From: a virus
Taxonomy: Duplodnaviria; Caudoviricetes
Strand: one strand, 5' to 3'
DNA length: 59,084 bases
Virus record (IMG/VR): IMGVR_UViG_3300047552_000148
Span: 1-59,084 of that record
Of the stretch, positions 47,377 through 56,303 are shown one piece after another (the first letter of the stretch is position 1; each line of letters begins with the position of its first letter). Both the position numbers and the translations under genes were made by a program. The notes under the pieces are model-generated. The model searched no databases. It had not been told where the DNA came from and saw only the letters and a list, made by a program, of their open reading frames with translations.

Positions 47377-48050
47377 AGACCAGTACCCTCCTTCTGATTA
47401 CCATCATCAGTATGGGCTGCTAAATATTTAGATGCCTTCATTAAAAGTTCCTCGCTATCTTGAAAAAATCCTAATCCTCTATTACAGTTTGTACATAGAA
47501 ATTTACGAAGCATTCCTGTATCGTGATTATGATCTAAGTGTGTTAAGTGCCCGTGCATTGGAAGATGATTAGAACAAATTGCACAAGAGTTGTTTTGTTG
47601 CCTTAATCTTTCTTCATATTCCTCTAAAGATATTTTATGTCTAACTAGAACATATGCTGCCTTTTTATATCGCTTGTATTTTGGATTACTTTTATTAACA
47701 TGATGAAAGGCTATTGATTTTTTACTAGCACATTCTTTGCAATAGTAAGCTAATCCTTTTCCTTTTTTATTGTTCTTATCTTTATGAAACTCATCGTGTA
47801 ATTTAAGTTCTCTACAGAAAGAACAAGTCTTGTGTGTGTCTGTAACATATTGAACTTTAACCTTTTTTTCTACATTGCTTCTACTTTTAGCCAGCGTTTC
47901 TGACGAACATTTTCTACAAGAGTGAGACAAATAGTTTCCATGCTTGTTTCTTTTATCGTTTGTAAACTCGCTAAACAGTTTAAGTTGTCTACATGTAGAA
48001 CACTTTTTATGGGTCTCATTAAAGAACTGTGGTTCTCTTTTATTAGACAT
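47373..48050 (-). CDS. Endonuclease VII-type homing endonuclease with two N-terminal zinc-finger repeats
   Basis: CAIC...HLDHNHDTGMLRKFLCTNCNRGLG; very AT-rich. Confidence 0.9.
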   Translation of the reverse strand: MSNKREPQFFNETHKKCSTCRQLKLFSEFTNDKRNKHGNYLSHSCRKCSSETLAKSRSNVEKKVKVQYVTDTHKTCSFCRELKLHDEFHKDKNNKKGKGLAYYCKECASKKSIAFHHVNKSNPKYKRYKKAAYVLVRHKISLEEYEERLRQQNNSCAICSNHLPMHGHLTHLDHNHDTGMLRKFLCTNCNRGLGFFQDSEELLMKASKYLAAHTDDGNQKEGTGL

Positions 48051-48081
48051 AGCAAATCCTTTCTATATACTTTGCTAGAAA

Positions 48082-48110
48082 GGTATACCGAAGCAGATTC
48101 GCTATGTCAA
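48082..48110 (-). promoter_or_regulatory. Sigma70-like promoter TTGACA-17-TATACC for the HEG
   Basis: -35 at 48110-48105 and -10 at 48087-48082. Confidence 0.7.
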
Positions 48111-48143
48111 TCACAAAAGAGTTAATAAAGCCAGCAAGCTACA

Positions 48144-48347
48144 TCACTCAGGTTGTGCAAGAGGAAGCTCTGGCTGTTCAGGAACAACTTGCTTCTCTTT
48201 AGCAGCCTGCTCTGCTGCTTGTACTTGTGGTGTAGCTTGCTGATGAATGATGTTGATGTGTTGAGCAACAGCCTCGTAAGGCAGCTTACCCAGCCCAGCA
48301 AGGCAGGCATTCACTGTTTCAATGTGGAGGTCAAGTTTAATATTCAT
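48144..48347 (-). CDS. Small conserved phage protein (LGKLPYEAV)
   Basis: 67-aa ORF, TAATG overlap. Confidence 0.7.
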   Translation of the reverse strand: MNIKLDLHIETVNACLAGLGKLPYEAVAQHINIIHQQATPQVQAAEQAAKEKQVVPEQPELPLAQPE

Positions 48348-48760
48348 TACAGTACATCCTCATCTTCAGCAGACATAGGCGCACTTGCTGCATACGCCAC
48401 CAAGTCAGTTACAGTGATCTTCACAATGGAAGGACTGACACCAGACTTGTTCTTGTACTTCCAATCATATGTGCTAATCAAAGCTACAGCCTTGGAGCCG
48501 TTGCCAATCTCTTCAAAGATTTCATCACCATCTGTATCGAACAGCTTCATGGGCTTGCTGCTCTTGCAAGTGATGTAAGAGCCTTGGTCAGCCTTCTTAT
48601 CTTCACCCACCTTCACTTCAATGCCCATACCTTCCAAAGCCTCAACAGCTTTCTCAGACAAGTTGCAGAGGTCCATCTGGTATTTACCAGACATCTCATT
48701 CACTTTGTTGTTCTGACACCAGAAGATGGTGGCTTTAATCTTTGCACGTTCGTTGCTCAT
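48347..48760 (-). CDS. Single-stranded DNA-binding protein (T7 gp2.5-like)
   Basis: KYQMDL, IGNGS, acidic C-terminus; between polymerase and exonuclease. Confidence 0.78.
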   Translation of the reverse strand: MSNERAKIKATIFWCQNNKVNEMSGKYQMDLCNLSEKAVEALEGMGIEVKVGEDKKADQGSYITCKSSKPMKLFDTDGDEIFEEIGNGSKAVALISTYDWKYKNKSGVSPSIVKITVTDLVAYAASAPMSAEDEDVL

Positions 48761-48794
48761 AAAAGTTTCCTTAAGGTTGTTGCCTACCAATGTT

Positions 48795-50882
48795 TCAGAG
48801 GGTAGGCTTCTCTGTTATCACCAACTTGTTAGCTTCACTAATGTAGTAGTCGAAGTTTAAGTCGTCTCTATTATAGTCGCTAATGTTGTTGCAAATCTTA
48901 ACATCCCAATCGGTATCAATGCCAAGTCGTCTGTCTTCTCCACCAACAACAAGAGGTGGCATAATCTTTACAAGTTTACCACCACTATTGCTAATGTAAT
49001 AGCGGCAGATGTTCTGTTGTTCAATGTCAGTGTTGTCTTTTACCAACACCAGCTTGCTGCTGCGTGGTACTTTGGTGCGCAAGAGGAAGTCGTATTTGTT
49101 TTGATGGTTGCTTATAAATTGAGCAACGTCTTCACCACGTAGCATAGCTGCCTCTGCTGCCATCGGTATCACTAAGCCACCTTGGTTTTGATGCCAACCT
49201 AAACTCTCGTATTGATACTGCCCCTTGCGTTTCACTTTCCCGTTTGTGTACACAGCAATGTAGTTGTTGACATCGCGGATGTACATAGCGGAATAGAAAG
49301 CAAACTCAAGCTGTAGCCCGACCTGCTTCTGCCAAGCTGTACACACATCGTCATAACGCTGACGTTGATTACGTGGTAGCTTCACAGTTACACCGTCAGT
49401 GTTGACCTGTATCAATGTCAACCCTTCAATGGATAGCAATTGCTCAGCCAACAGGCACAGACTAAGCTGCCCATTCACCGTGATGGTCATGGTGTATTTG
49501 GGGTCGTAGAACGGGCTGTATTGGTTGTTGCTGTCTCCGTACACACCGTTCAACGCCAGCTTCAGCATAGCGTTCTCAGCGCTTCCTTTAGGTGTGTTCT
49601 TACGTTGTTGATACAGGTCTTCGTAGATGTTGCAAAACTCTTCACCTAAGTGTTCGGGGTAGACACGATTGGCAATGGCAATGTTGGGATACATTGAACT
49701 AACATCTGCGTCCACAATCTCATACTCTTCGTCTTCCTTCACAGCCTGCGAAGAAATGCTACCGTGAATACCACCAGTACCGAAGTCGAAACGGAATCCG
49801 TCAACAACAACATTCAAGTTCTCAGCTTCGTTCCATGTCTTCCAATAAGAGTATTGCGCTTCACCTTTCTTCTTAGCCTTCAGTTCCACCTTCTCTACCC
49901 AGCCTTCTGGATATTCTTGTTTGAAAGCAGCAACGTCTTCCGGTGTTGGTTCACCCTTGAACTTCTTACGCATCTTCTCCATGTGTGCAAACATCGACAC
50001 CTTACCTAACAAGTGTTCAGGCAAGTCAGAGAATACACCTTTAGTTTCAGAGATAGTTTGTTTAGCGAACCATTCAAAGACAGTGTTGAATTCAGGACGA
50101 GTGAAGTTGTAATAGTTGAATAAGCAATCGCCAATGTTAATTGTTGGTCGCTTAGTCTGATTCATTACACGCTTACCATTGTCATCAATCTTGTAGCAAG
50201 AATGTGGCAGAGCTTTCTCAAGCTGCATAATGAAATAGTCTTTACCAATCTTTGTATCGTTGTGGTTTAGAAAGTTACGGCGATACTTCTTAGTAAGCTG
50301 TTCACGAAAGCCAATCATTTCCTTTGACACGTTGTAGAACTGGAGCGTTTCTGTAACATCGTGAGCGTTGTATTTCAACAGCACATCCATCTGATCTTCC
50401 GTTAGCTCAGTACCAACAGGGAAGGGCAGGTCTTCGATGGTGTCAGACTTCATGTTAAATTGAAGCATCTTCAGCGAGGTTGCTCTGGCTTTGTTGTCGA
50501 AGTGCCATATCTTGTACAGATCAATCTGCTTCACGTACGTATCAGCTAAGCTAATCGTTTTAGCGAAGTCATCTTGACCTGTCTTGATCTGTTCCATTGC
50601 CAACTTGTACGCCTTAATGGCAACAGCTTTACCGGATACACCAGTGGCTTTTTTACGCACCTCTAACAATCCATGCACAACAGGATAGTCAAAGCTGATG
50701 TTGTTGTATCCAACGAGTCTGTCCTTAGACGCACGTAAGACATCAAGGAAGGCGTACACTTCCCCGATCTGATTCTTGCGAGTAGAGCATTCAAACAACT
50801 TCAGATCAGTACCGTCTTCTTTGATGGCACAGAAGCTGAAGATGTTAGGGAAAGTCTCTATATCGTACACCCAATCAGCCAT
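48795..50882 (-). CDS. polB: Family B DNA polymerase
   Basis: Exonuclease DIET and GYN..FD; DVSSMYPN, KLALNGVYG, NTDG. Confidence 0.92.
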   Translation of the reverse strand: MADWVYDIETFPNIFSFCAIKEDGTDLKLFECSTRKNQIGEVYAFLDVLRASKDRLVGYNNISFDYPVVHGLLEVRKKATGVSGKAVAIKAYKLAMEQIKTGQDDFAKTISLADTYVKQIDLYKIWHFDNKARATSLKMLQFNMKSDTIEDLPFPVGTELTEDQMDVLLKYNAHDVTETLQFYNVSKEMIGFREQLTKKYRRNFLNHNDTKIGKDYFIMQLEKALPHSCYKIDDNGKRVMNQTKRPTINIGDCLFNYYNFTRPEFNTVFEWFAKQTISETKGVFSDLPEHLLGKVSMFAHMEKMRKKFKGEPTPEDVAAFKQEYPEGWVEKVELKAKKKGEAQYSYWKTWNEAENLNVVVDGFRFDFGTGGIHGSISSQAVKEDEEYEIVDADVSSMYPNIAIANRVYPEHLGEEFCNIYEDLYQQRKNTPKGSAENAMLKLALNGVYGDSNNQYSPFYDPKYTMTITVNGQLSLCLLAEQLLSIEGLTLIQVNTDGVTVKLPRNQRQRYDDVCTAWQKQVGLQLEFAFYSAMYIRDVNNYIAVYTNGKVKRKGQYQYESLGWHQNQGGLVIPMAAEAAMLRGEDVAQFISNHQNKYDFLLRTKVPRSSKLVLVKDNTDIEQQNICRYYISNSGGKLVKIMPPLVVGGEDRRLGIDTDWDVKICNNISDYNRDDLNFDYYISEANKLVITEKPTL

Positions 50883-51021
50883 AGCGATTCAGCACCTGTA
50901 ACATTTCGTTAATACTTTGCAACACCCTTATCTGATCCATCGGCTCCAGCTTATTCCACGTAGGAACATTACCGCCCCACTTAGCTCTGATGGCTTCCCA
51001 ATACTTCTCAACATCACTCAT
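50875..51021 (-). CDS. Small hypothetical protein (48 aa)
   Basis: Hand-translated MSDVEKYW...; GGAG RBS. Confidence 0.6.
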   Translation of the reverse strand: MSDVEKYWEAIRAKWGGNVPTWNKLEPMDQIRVLQSINEMLQVLNRYG

Positions 51022-51181
51022 TATCTTTCTCCGTTGTCGTGTCCTTGAATGTCTCAGCCAGCTTCACTAGCTCTTCCTTCTTAGGCTCGTCTTTGTTAAA
51101 GATAGCTGCCCAACGCTCTGCCCATTCTTCGTCAGCAATGGAGCGAGGGCGCTGTGTACTTCCCTTGCCTCCATCGCTCAT
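51014..51181 (-). CDS. Small conserved phage protein (MSDGGKGS..RP)
   Basis: Hand-translated 55 aa; ATGA overlap. Confidence 0.65.
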   Translation of the reverse strand: MSDGGKGSTQRPRSIADEEWAERWAAIFNKDEPKKEELVKLAETFKDTTTEKDNE

Positions 51182-51393
51182 AGCTTTGCTCCATAGTGTT
51201 CAGCCACCAGCCTTACAGCCTTGCGCAGCTTCTTTGTTTGTTGAGCTTCCTCGTCTGGGTCAAAGCTAAAGCGTGGTACGCCTGCTGGCTCAGACAAGTC
51301 GTTATACAAATCGCGTAGCTCACCAACAACAACTTCATCAACGAGGTCGTGCAATGCGCTGTTGATGGCGGCGTTCTTGTGGAATACGGTCAT
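51178..51393 (-). CDS. Hypothetical protein
   Basis: 71-aa ORF, AAGGAG RBS. Confidence 0.7.
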   Translation of the reverse strand: MTVFHKNAAINSALHDLVDEVVVGELRDLYNDLSEPAGVPRFSFDPDEEAQQTKKLRKAVRLVAEHYGAKL

Positions 51394-53000
51394 AGCAGTT
51401 CTCCTTCTGGTTCGTCTTCAATTTCAAACATTCTACCTGTCTCTTTATTGTAAAGGAGGTTGCAAGCAGGTCCGGTGGTCCCGCTCCAGCGGTTCTTTAA
51501 AACCCTTACCTTTGTTGTATTTCTGACAACAAGGTCTTCAGCTTGCCCGTTGCGCTCAAGTCCAATCACCATATCGCTAAGCTGCGCAATGGATGCACTA
51601 CCACGTAGCTGAGCCAGCGATGTAGCTGCGCCTTCTTCATGGCCTTTGTCGCTTGGTCGTTTCAAATGCGACACAACGATGAGAGCAATGTTTGTTTCCT
51701 GCACCAACGTACGCAGCTTCGTCATAATTTCATCAATGGCTTTGCGTTCATCCCCGTTCTCTTGCGAAGAGATAATGATACTAAGGTGGTCGAGGAAAAT
51801 GTATTTAGTTCCCAATGCCTTAGCCATGTAGCGCACACGGTTGATGATATTCTCAATTGAACTGGAGCCGAAGTGGTTGAATAGATACATGCGACCTGTG
51901 CCCAACGTCTTCTCGAAAGCGTCTTTGCGCTCTACATCAGACACTGATACATCAGGTAAATGCAAGGGCACATTAGCAGCCAATGACATCAACGACAACG
52001 CAGTCTTACGCACACTCTCTTCCATAAACATCAAGCCAATGTTGTCGTTTGTTTCTTGCAGCAGATGCCAAATGATTTCACGCAGCACTTGGCTTTTACC
52101 TAAGCCGCTGCCTGCTGTGACGGTTACGAGTTCACCTTGCCTAATACCGTAGGTGAGTTCGTTCAAGCCCTTCCACGGATACATACAGTCTGCTGGGGCC
52201 ATAGGCTTGCACACTTCATCCCACAGCGTAGAGCCAGACACTATGCCATCAGGTACATACACCTCAGCCTGCCACCAACGATTGACATAGGCTGCTTCCT
52301 TGCCTGCTACGAGCCAATCGTTAGCATCTTTCAAGTCTGGCACTGGCTTAAATATCTTGCACTTGCTACCAAACAACTCAGCCACTTCCTTCGCAGCCTT
52401 CTGCCCCGGAGCATCACCGTCAAAGTTGATGATGATGTTCTCAAAGCTGTTGAGATATTCGTACTGTGCCTTGCAATCTTTTAATGCTGATGCTGCACCG
52501 TTGCGGATAGATACAACAGGCCACTTGCTGCCTGTCATTTGGTAGATTGAAAGGCAATCAATTTCGCCTTCACAAGCCGTTATGTATTTACCTCCTGATG
52601 GAAACAGTTGTTGTCCAAACAGCGTGCCTTTGCTCCAGCTACCTTCAGCACTAAACTGCTTATCCTTAAGACTACGCACCTTCATAGCAACAAGCTGTGA
52701 GTCTTTGTCGTAATAAGGAAAGTAGATGTTGTCTTTGTGTTGAACAACACCAAACCTCTCCAGTGTGCTTTTGTTTAGTTTACGTTCTGTCCATGTAATG
52801 CTACTACCCTCGTTGTATTTTGCATGGAAGGAGCGATCAATCTTGTCGTCTGTTGTGTCTATCGTTGTCATATCTATATCGTCTGTCGGTGGTGAATAGG
52901 TGTTGCAAACAAAGCAGTAGGTGCTGTAGTCATCATTCATAGATGCGCCATCACTACTACCACATTGTTCACATGCGATGTGTGTGCGAATGAACGTCAT
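51390..53000 (-). CDS. T7 gp4-like DNA primase-helicase
   Basis: Zinc finger CxxC..CxxC, Toprim EGEID and FDGD, Walker A AGSGLGKS, LRGS, KNR. Confidence 0.95.
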   Translation of the reverse strand: MTFIRTHIACEQCGSSDGASMNDDYSTYCFVCNTYSPPTDDIDMTTIDTTDDKIDRSFHAKYNEGSSITWTERKLNKSTLERFGVVQHKDNIYFPYYDKDSQLVAMKVRSLKDKQFSAEGSWSKGTLFGQQLFPSGGKYITACEGEIDCLSIYQMTGSKWPVVSIRNGAASALKDCKAQYEYLNSFENIIINFDGDAPGQKAAKEVAELFGSKCKIFKPVPDLKDANDWLVAGKEAAYVNRWWQAEVYVPDGIVSGSTLWDEVCKPMAPADCMYPWKGLNELTYGIRQGELVTVTAGSGLGKSQVLREIIWHLLQETNDNIGLMFMEESVRKTALSLMSLAANVPLHLPDVSVSDVERKDAFEKTLGTGRMYLFNHFGSSSIENIINRVRYMAKALGTKYIFLDHLSIIISSQENGDERKAIDEIMTKLRTLVQETNIALIVVSHLKRPSDKGHEEGAATSLAQLRGSASIAQLSDMVIGLERNGQAEDLVVRNTTKVRVLKNRWSGTTGPACNLLYNKETGRMFEIEDEPEGELL

Positions 53001-53320
53001 TGTTCTTTCTTCTTAGCTGCTCTGGCTTTGCTGTATACATGAAAGCGCTTGGTTGCTAGCAACGCTGCGTCTCTGTCTTTGCTCAAGCCGTAGATGGTTC
53101 CGTGAGTTTCGTTCTCTTCACGCTTACGCTTAACAACCTCTGTCATTATCTCAGAAGCTGTGCGCTTACCTACTGCTTTGGCTTTGAAATAGTCGTCTGT
53201 TGCAAACACGGTAGGCTCACCAGTGTTCCAATCGAAGACGCTCTTAGGCTTTGTTGGTGGCATATATATAAATCTTTGTTTGATGTGGCAGTATTTAATC
53301 AAGTCTGACAATGAAGACAT
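52997..53320 (-). CDS. Hypothetical protein
   Basis: ORF between thyX and the primase-helicase; start uncertain. Confidence 0.6.
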   Translation of the reverse strand: MSSLSDLIKYCHIKQRFIYMPPTKPKSVFDWNTGEPTVFATDDYFKAKAVGKRTASEIMTEVVKRKREENETHGTIYGLSKDRDAALLATKRFHVYSKARAAKKKEQ

Positions 53321-54000
53321 TAAACTTCTCCTACTAAAGCCGACCAAGAATGTGGGAAGAGTGGCTTAATTATCTCAGCCATTGGCTCTGCTAGTTCTCG
53401 CACTTCCACCTGTGCGTGTGGGTCAAGACGTAGTTTGCAAGCACGAGCAAATGCAGCCAAGCTACCTGTCTCAATCCACTCAGTCATCATGCTCTGAGGC
53501 AGCACCATACGTGCCTGCTCTGGAGCAACGCCATCTTCTAGCAGATGTTGATAGACCTGTGCCGAGCTTCTGTTGTAGCTGGCAATAACCTCGTTGATGA
53601 TGTGAGCGTGATCTACCTCTTCGTTCTTGCTGCCTTGCTTAACATTGTCTGCACGTTTACGCCACATTGCAGGCATGTAGAAGGTTGGTTCTTCATCAAC
53701 ATATCTGCGGCTAGTCTCGTTACGTGTTATCCCTATCATGTGCTTGAACCATTGACGAGCAACGAAGATGGGAGCGCTGATACGAAAGCTCAGTTGTGGA
53801 TGCGAGAAGGGCGACCAATGGTTATGTTTAGCAAGGTATTGAATAAGTTTAATATCACGATCAGCTAATATACCTAAGTCTTGTTTACGAAATCCCGCTT
53901 TAACTTCCCACTCACTTTCCTTAGCCATTGAAACCCTTGCCGCATTGCAGATCGTCAAGTCAGTTCCTAAAACATCAATAAGTTGTACATTAATTTTCAT
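53320..54000 (-). CDS. thyX: Flavin-dependent thymidylate synthase
   Basis: AARVS, H.SPF, ARQ..KH, NE.SRRY, EQARMVLP, HAQ.E. Confidence 0.95.
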   Translation of the reverse strand: MKINVQLIDVLGTDLTICNAARVSMAKESEWEVKAGFRKQDLGILADRDIKLIQYLAKHNHWSPFSHPQLSFRISAPIFVARQWFKHMIGITRNETSRRYVDEEPTFYMPAMWRKRADNVKQGSKNEEVDHAHIINEVIASYNRSSAQVYQHLLEDGVAPEQARMVLPQSMMTEWIETGSLAAFARACKLRLDPHAQVEVRELAEPMAEIIKPLFPHSWSALVGEV

Positions 54001-54233
54001 AGAATAGAATAAACAATAAAGCCAAAGATAGAAACAGCAGCGATGATGACGATGATGGCATCAGGCAAGAAGATGTCGGGCTGCTGTACTACCTGTGTGA
54101 TAGGATGTAGTATAGCGTTGCGCCTAGCTCTACGACATTCCTTACACACACTATAGAGCTTGTCTTTCTTTGTTGCGTCTTTATGAAAACCGCTAGTGTC
54201 TTTAACGGCTCCGCAACTGGGGCATAGTTTCAT
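53997..54233 (-). CDS. Zinc-finger protein with a C-terminal transmembrane helix
   Basis: CPSC...FHKD...CKEC followed by AIIVIIAAVSIFGFIVYSIL. Confidence 0.6.
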   Translation of the reverse strand: MKLCPSCGAVKDTSGFHKDATKKDKLYSVCKECRRARRNAILHPITQVVQQPDIFLPDAIIVIIAAVSIFGFIVYSIL

Positions 54234-54384
54234 TGTGAAGTTCCTTATCTATTGAGGGTTGAAGAAGATGTTGAGTGAGTAGGATAGCAACATATAAGTA
54301 GTAATTGTGTATGCCTTTGTGAATCATATGTTGCTCACGCAACAACTGTATACAATCAGCAACACCACGTTGATAGCTGTTCAT
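54202..54384 (-). CDS. Hypothetical protein
   Basis: 60-aa ORF, GAGG RBS. Confidence 0.6.
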   Translation of the reverse strand: MNSYQRGVADCIQLLREQHMIHKGIHNYYLYVAILLTQHLLQPSIDKELHNETMPQLRSR

Positions 54385-55466
54385 GCTTGACCTCTCATAT
54401 CAAACGCCACTGTAGCAGATTTTAAGCTGTGTCGCAGGTAAGGCGTCAAGGAATGTGCTGTAGCGTGGCCTGAAACAGACATCACGTTAGTGACAGGCAC
54501 ACCCACCTCAAGCAACTCCGTGATGGCAGTGCGGCGTAGATCGCGTAGCTGTAGCTCAGGTGGCAGCTTGGCTGCTTCCATTATATCGTTAGCTATCTTA
54601 GACAAGGCAGTGAGCGTGTAAGGCACTGGCTTGCTGCTACGTTTCACATTAGGCACAATGTATGGCTGCCAGCCTAGCTCTTTATGTTGCTGCTTCAACA
54701 TAGCCTGCAACGATGCAGGTGTAGGCAGTGTCACTTTAGCACGGCGCTTACTCTGTGTCAGTGTTAGTACACCAGTGTCTACGTTGTAGCAAGACCATGT
54801 GAGCATACGCATGTCACCTAGACGCTGCGCCCATGAGTAGGCCATGTAAGCAAGCAAGCCTATGTTGCGCCATTCATATTTGGTGAAGGCTGTGTCCATG
54901 AAAGCCTTAACGTGTTCCTTCTCCCACGTTACACGGCGTGGCTTGTCTGTTTGCTTCACTACATCAGTGAAGACGTTATATTTAGTATACCCATTACGGA
55001 TGGCATAGCTCATAAGCAAACGATAGACAGCTAAGCTGTGGTTGGATAGGCTAACAGACTTTGAAGAGTGCATGTCGTATATTCTTTGAGCAGCAGGTGT
55101 AGACAAGTCACACAGTCGTGTCTTTGCCAGTGTTGTGCCTGCTGTCTTGCTGCCTAGCCAATACGACAAGTAGTAGGCGTAGTCTTGCTTAGTCTTTGGT
55201 TGTAGCTTGATGTATTCGTTAGACTGCTTGTATGCAGCAACAACGTCACCAACATTAGACTTCTCTGATAGCTGCTTCAATCTACTACGCTCATTGCGCC
55301 ATTCGTCAAGTAGAAGATTTTGCTCTTCGCAAAACTTCAGCGCTTCATCGTAGTTGTCGGTGAGGGTACAACGCTTCACTATGCCAGCTTCAACAGCGTC
55401 TGCTGGAGGAACATAGCGGTAGTTGCCGTTGGGGCTGTCTTGCATGTAACGTGAATATGTTTTCAT
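54381..55466 (-). CDS. int: Tyrosine recombinase / integrase
   Basis: QRLGD, QSK, DLRRT, SGH and TPY supply the catalytic residues. Confidence 0.88.
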   Translation of the reverse strand: MKTYSRYMQDSPNGNYRYVPPADAVEAGIVKRCTLTDNYDEALKFCEEQNLLLDEWRNERSRLKQLSEKSNVGDVVAAYKQSNEYIKLQPKTKQDYAYYLSYWLGSKTAGTTLAKTRLCDLSTPAAQRIYDMHSSKSVSLSNHSLAVYRLLMSYAIRNGYTKYNVFTDVVKQTDKPRRVTWEKEHVKAFMDTAFTKYEWRNIGLLAYMAYSWAQRLGDMRMLTWSCYNVDTGVLTLTQSKRRAKVTLPTPASLQAMLKQQHKELGWQPYIVPNVKRSSKPVPYTLTALSKIANDIMEAAKLPPELQLRDLRRTAITELLEVGVPVTNVMSVSGHATAHSLTPYLRHSLKSATVAFDMRGQA

Positions 55467-55541
55467 GGCTGTGAAGTTTAGTTGCTGGAGCAGAGTTGTC
55501 AATCTTATCTGTTGTTGTCGCACAACAGCAAGCGTTATTAG

Positions 55542-55736
55542 CTAAGCATTGTCTGTTTGTAAAGCATTGTTTTCAACAGCGGCTTCTTCCTTAAGACGTT
55601 GCATTGCATGTTTGATGCAGCTTATGCACATATAGCGTGTCTTGTCTGGATTGACCAGTGCAAGCTGCCCTGTCTTTACTTCAGCTTTGCAGAAGCTGCA
55701 TAGCTGCTTTGGTTTGATGAAGGGTATTGTTGTCAT
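55542..55736 (-). CDS. ClpX-type C4 zinc-finger protein
   Basis: CSFC...MCISC. Confidence 0.65.
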   Translation of the reverse strand: MTTIPFIKPKQLCSFCKAEVKTGQLALVNPDKTRYMCISCIKHAMQRLKEEAAVENNALQTDNA

Positions 55737-55990
55737 TTTGTTTTTTTCATTGTATTAATACAATCGTTCCAACCTCTGTTGTATTCGCCTTGCCATCCGT
55801 AGTCAGCACCACCAACTGGGAAGCGTTTCTCCACCGGCTTTTCTTGCAGTGCCTCCCACTTCGCATTCACTGCGGCTTCGATTGCTCTGGCAAACTTTGT
55901 GGCTTCTGTGAATCCGACTTCATGTTTCCAATCATCTCCATCAGGAATGATTTCTTTGATTTCTTCATCCGTCAACGGTGTCGGTTTCAT
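55733..55990 (-). CDS. Hypothetical protein (PLTDEEI...FARAIE)
   Basis: 85-aa ORF with a common phage motif. Confidence 0.7.
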   Translation of the reverse strand: MKPTPLTDEEIKEIIPDGDDWKHEVGFTEATKFARAIEAAVNAKWEALQEKPVEKRFPVGGADYGWQGEYNRGWNDCINTMKKTK

Positions 55991-56303
55991 ACATCCCCTT
56001 CAGTGCTTTATCACGCAGTCGCACAAACTCGCACTGTCCACAACGACACTGAGCGCCGTATGCCAGTGTGTGTTCACTGTGCGTAGATTGCCCCAACGCC
56101 TCCCGCAACCGCTGGTTATGCGCCTTCAACGCCTCACGCTCATCAGCCATAATCTGTAAGTGCTTGCAGTCCATACGCAGCTGGTTGTTCGCTGCTTCTA
56201 ACTCGCGGATGCGCTTCGTCAACCAAATGTCTGGTACAGGCAATGGATCGCCAAGCACAACATCTTGGAAGCGGCTCGGGTCTTTCATGTGGTCGTAAGT
56301 CAT
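55965..56303 (-). CDS. Coiled-coil hypothetical protein
   Basis: 112-aa ORF. Confidence 0.65.
   Translation of the reverse strand: MTYDHMKDPSRFQDVVLGDPLPVPDIWLTKRIRELEAANNQLRMDCKHLQIMADEREALKAHNQRLREALGQSTHSEHTLAYGAQCRCGQCEFVRLRDKALKGMYETDTVDG

Noticed and set aside
47376-47407. ORF-track start MMVIRRR for the exonuclease
   Set aside because: It has no RBS and loses the first conserved Asp; it cannot be fully excluded as a minor start.
47340-48140. Group I intron carrying the HEG inside the exonuclease
   Set aside because: The exonuclease N-terminus lies downstream of the HEG, there is no room for an intron core, and no U|...G| splice restores the frame.
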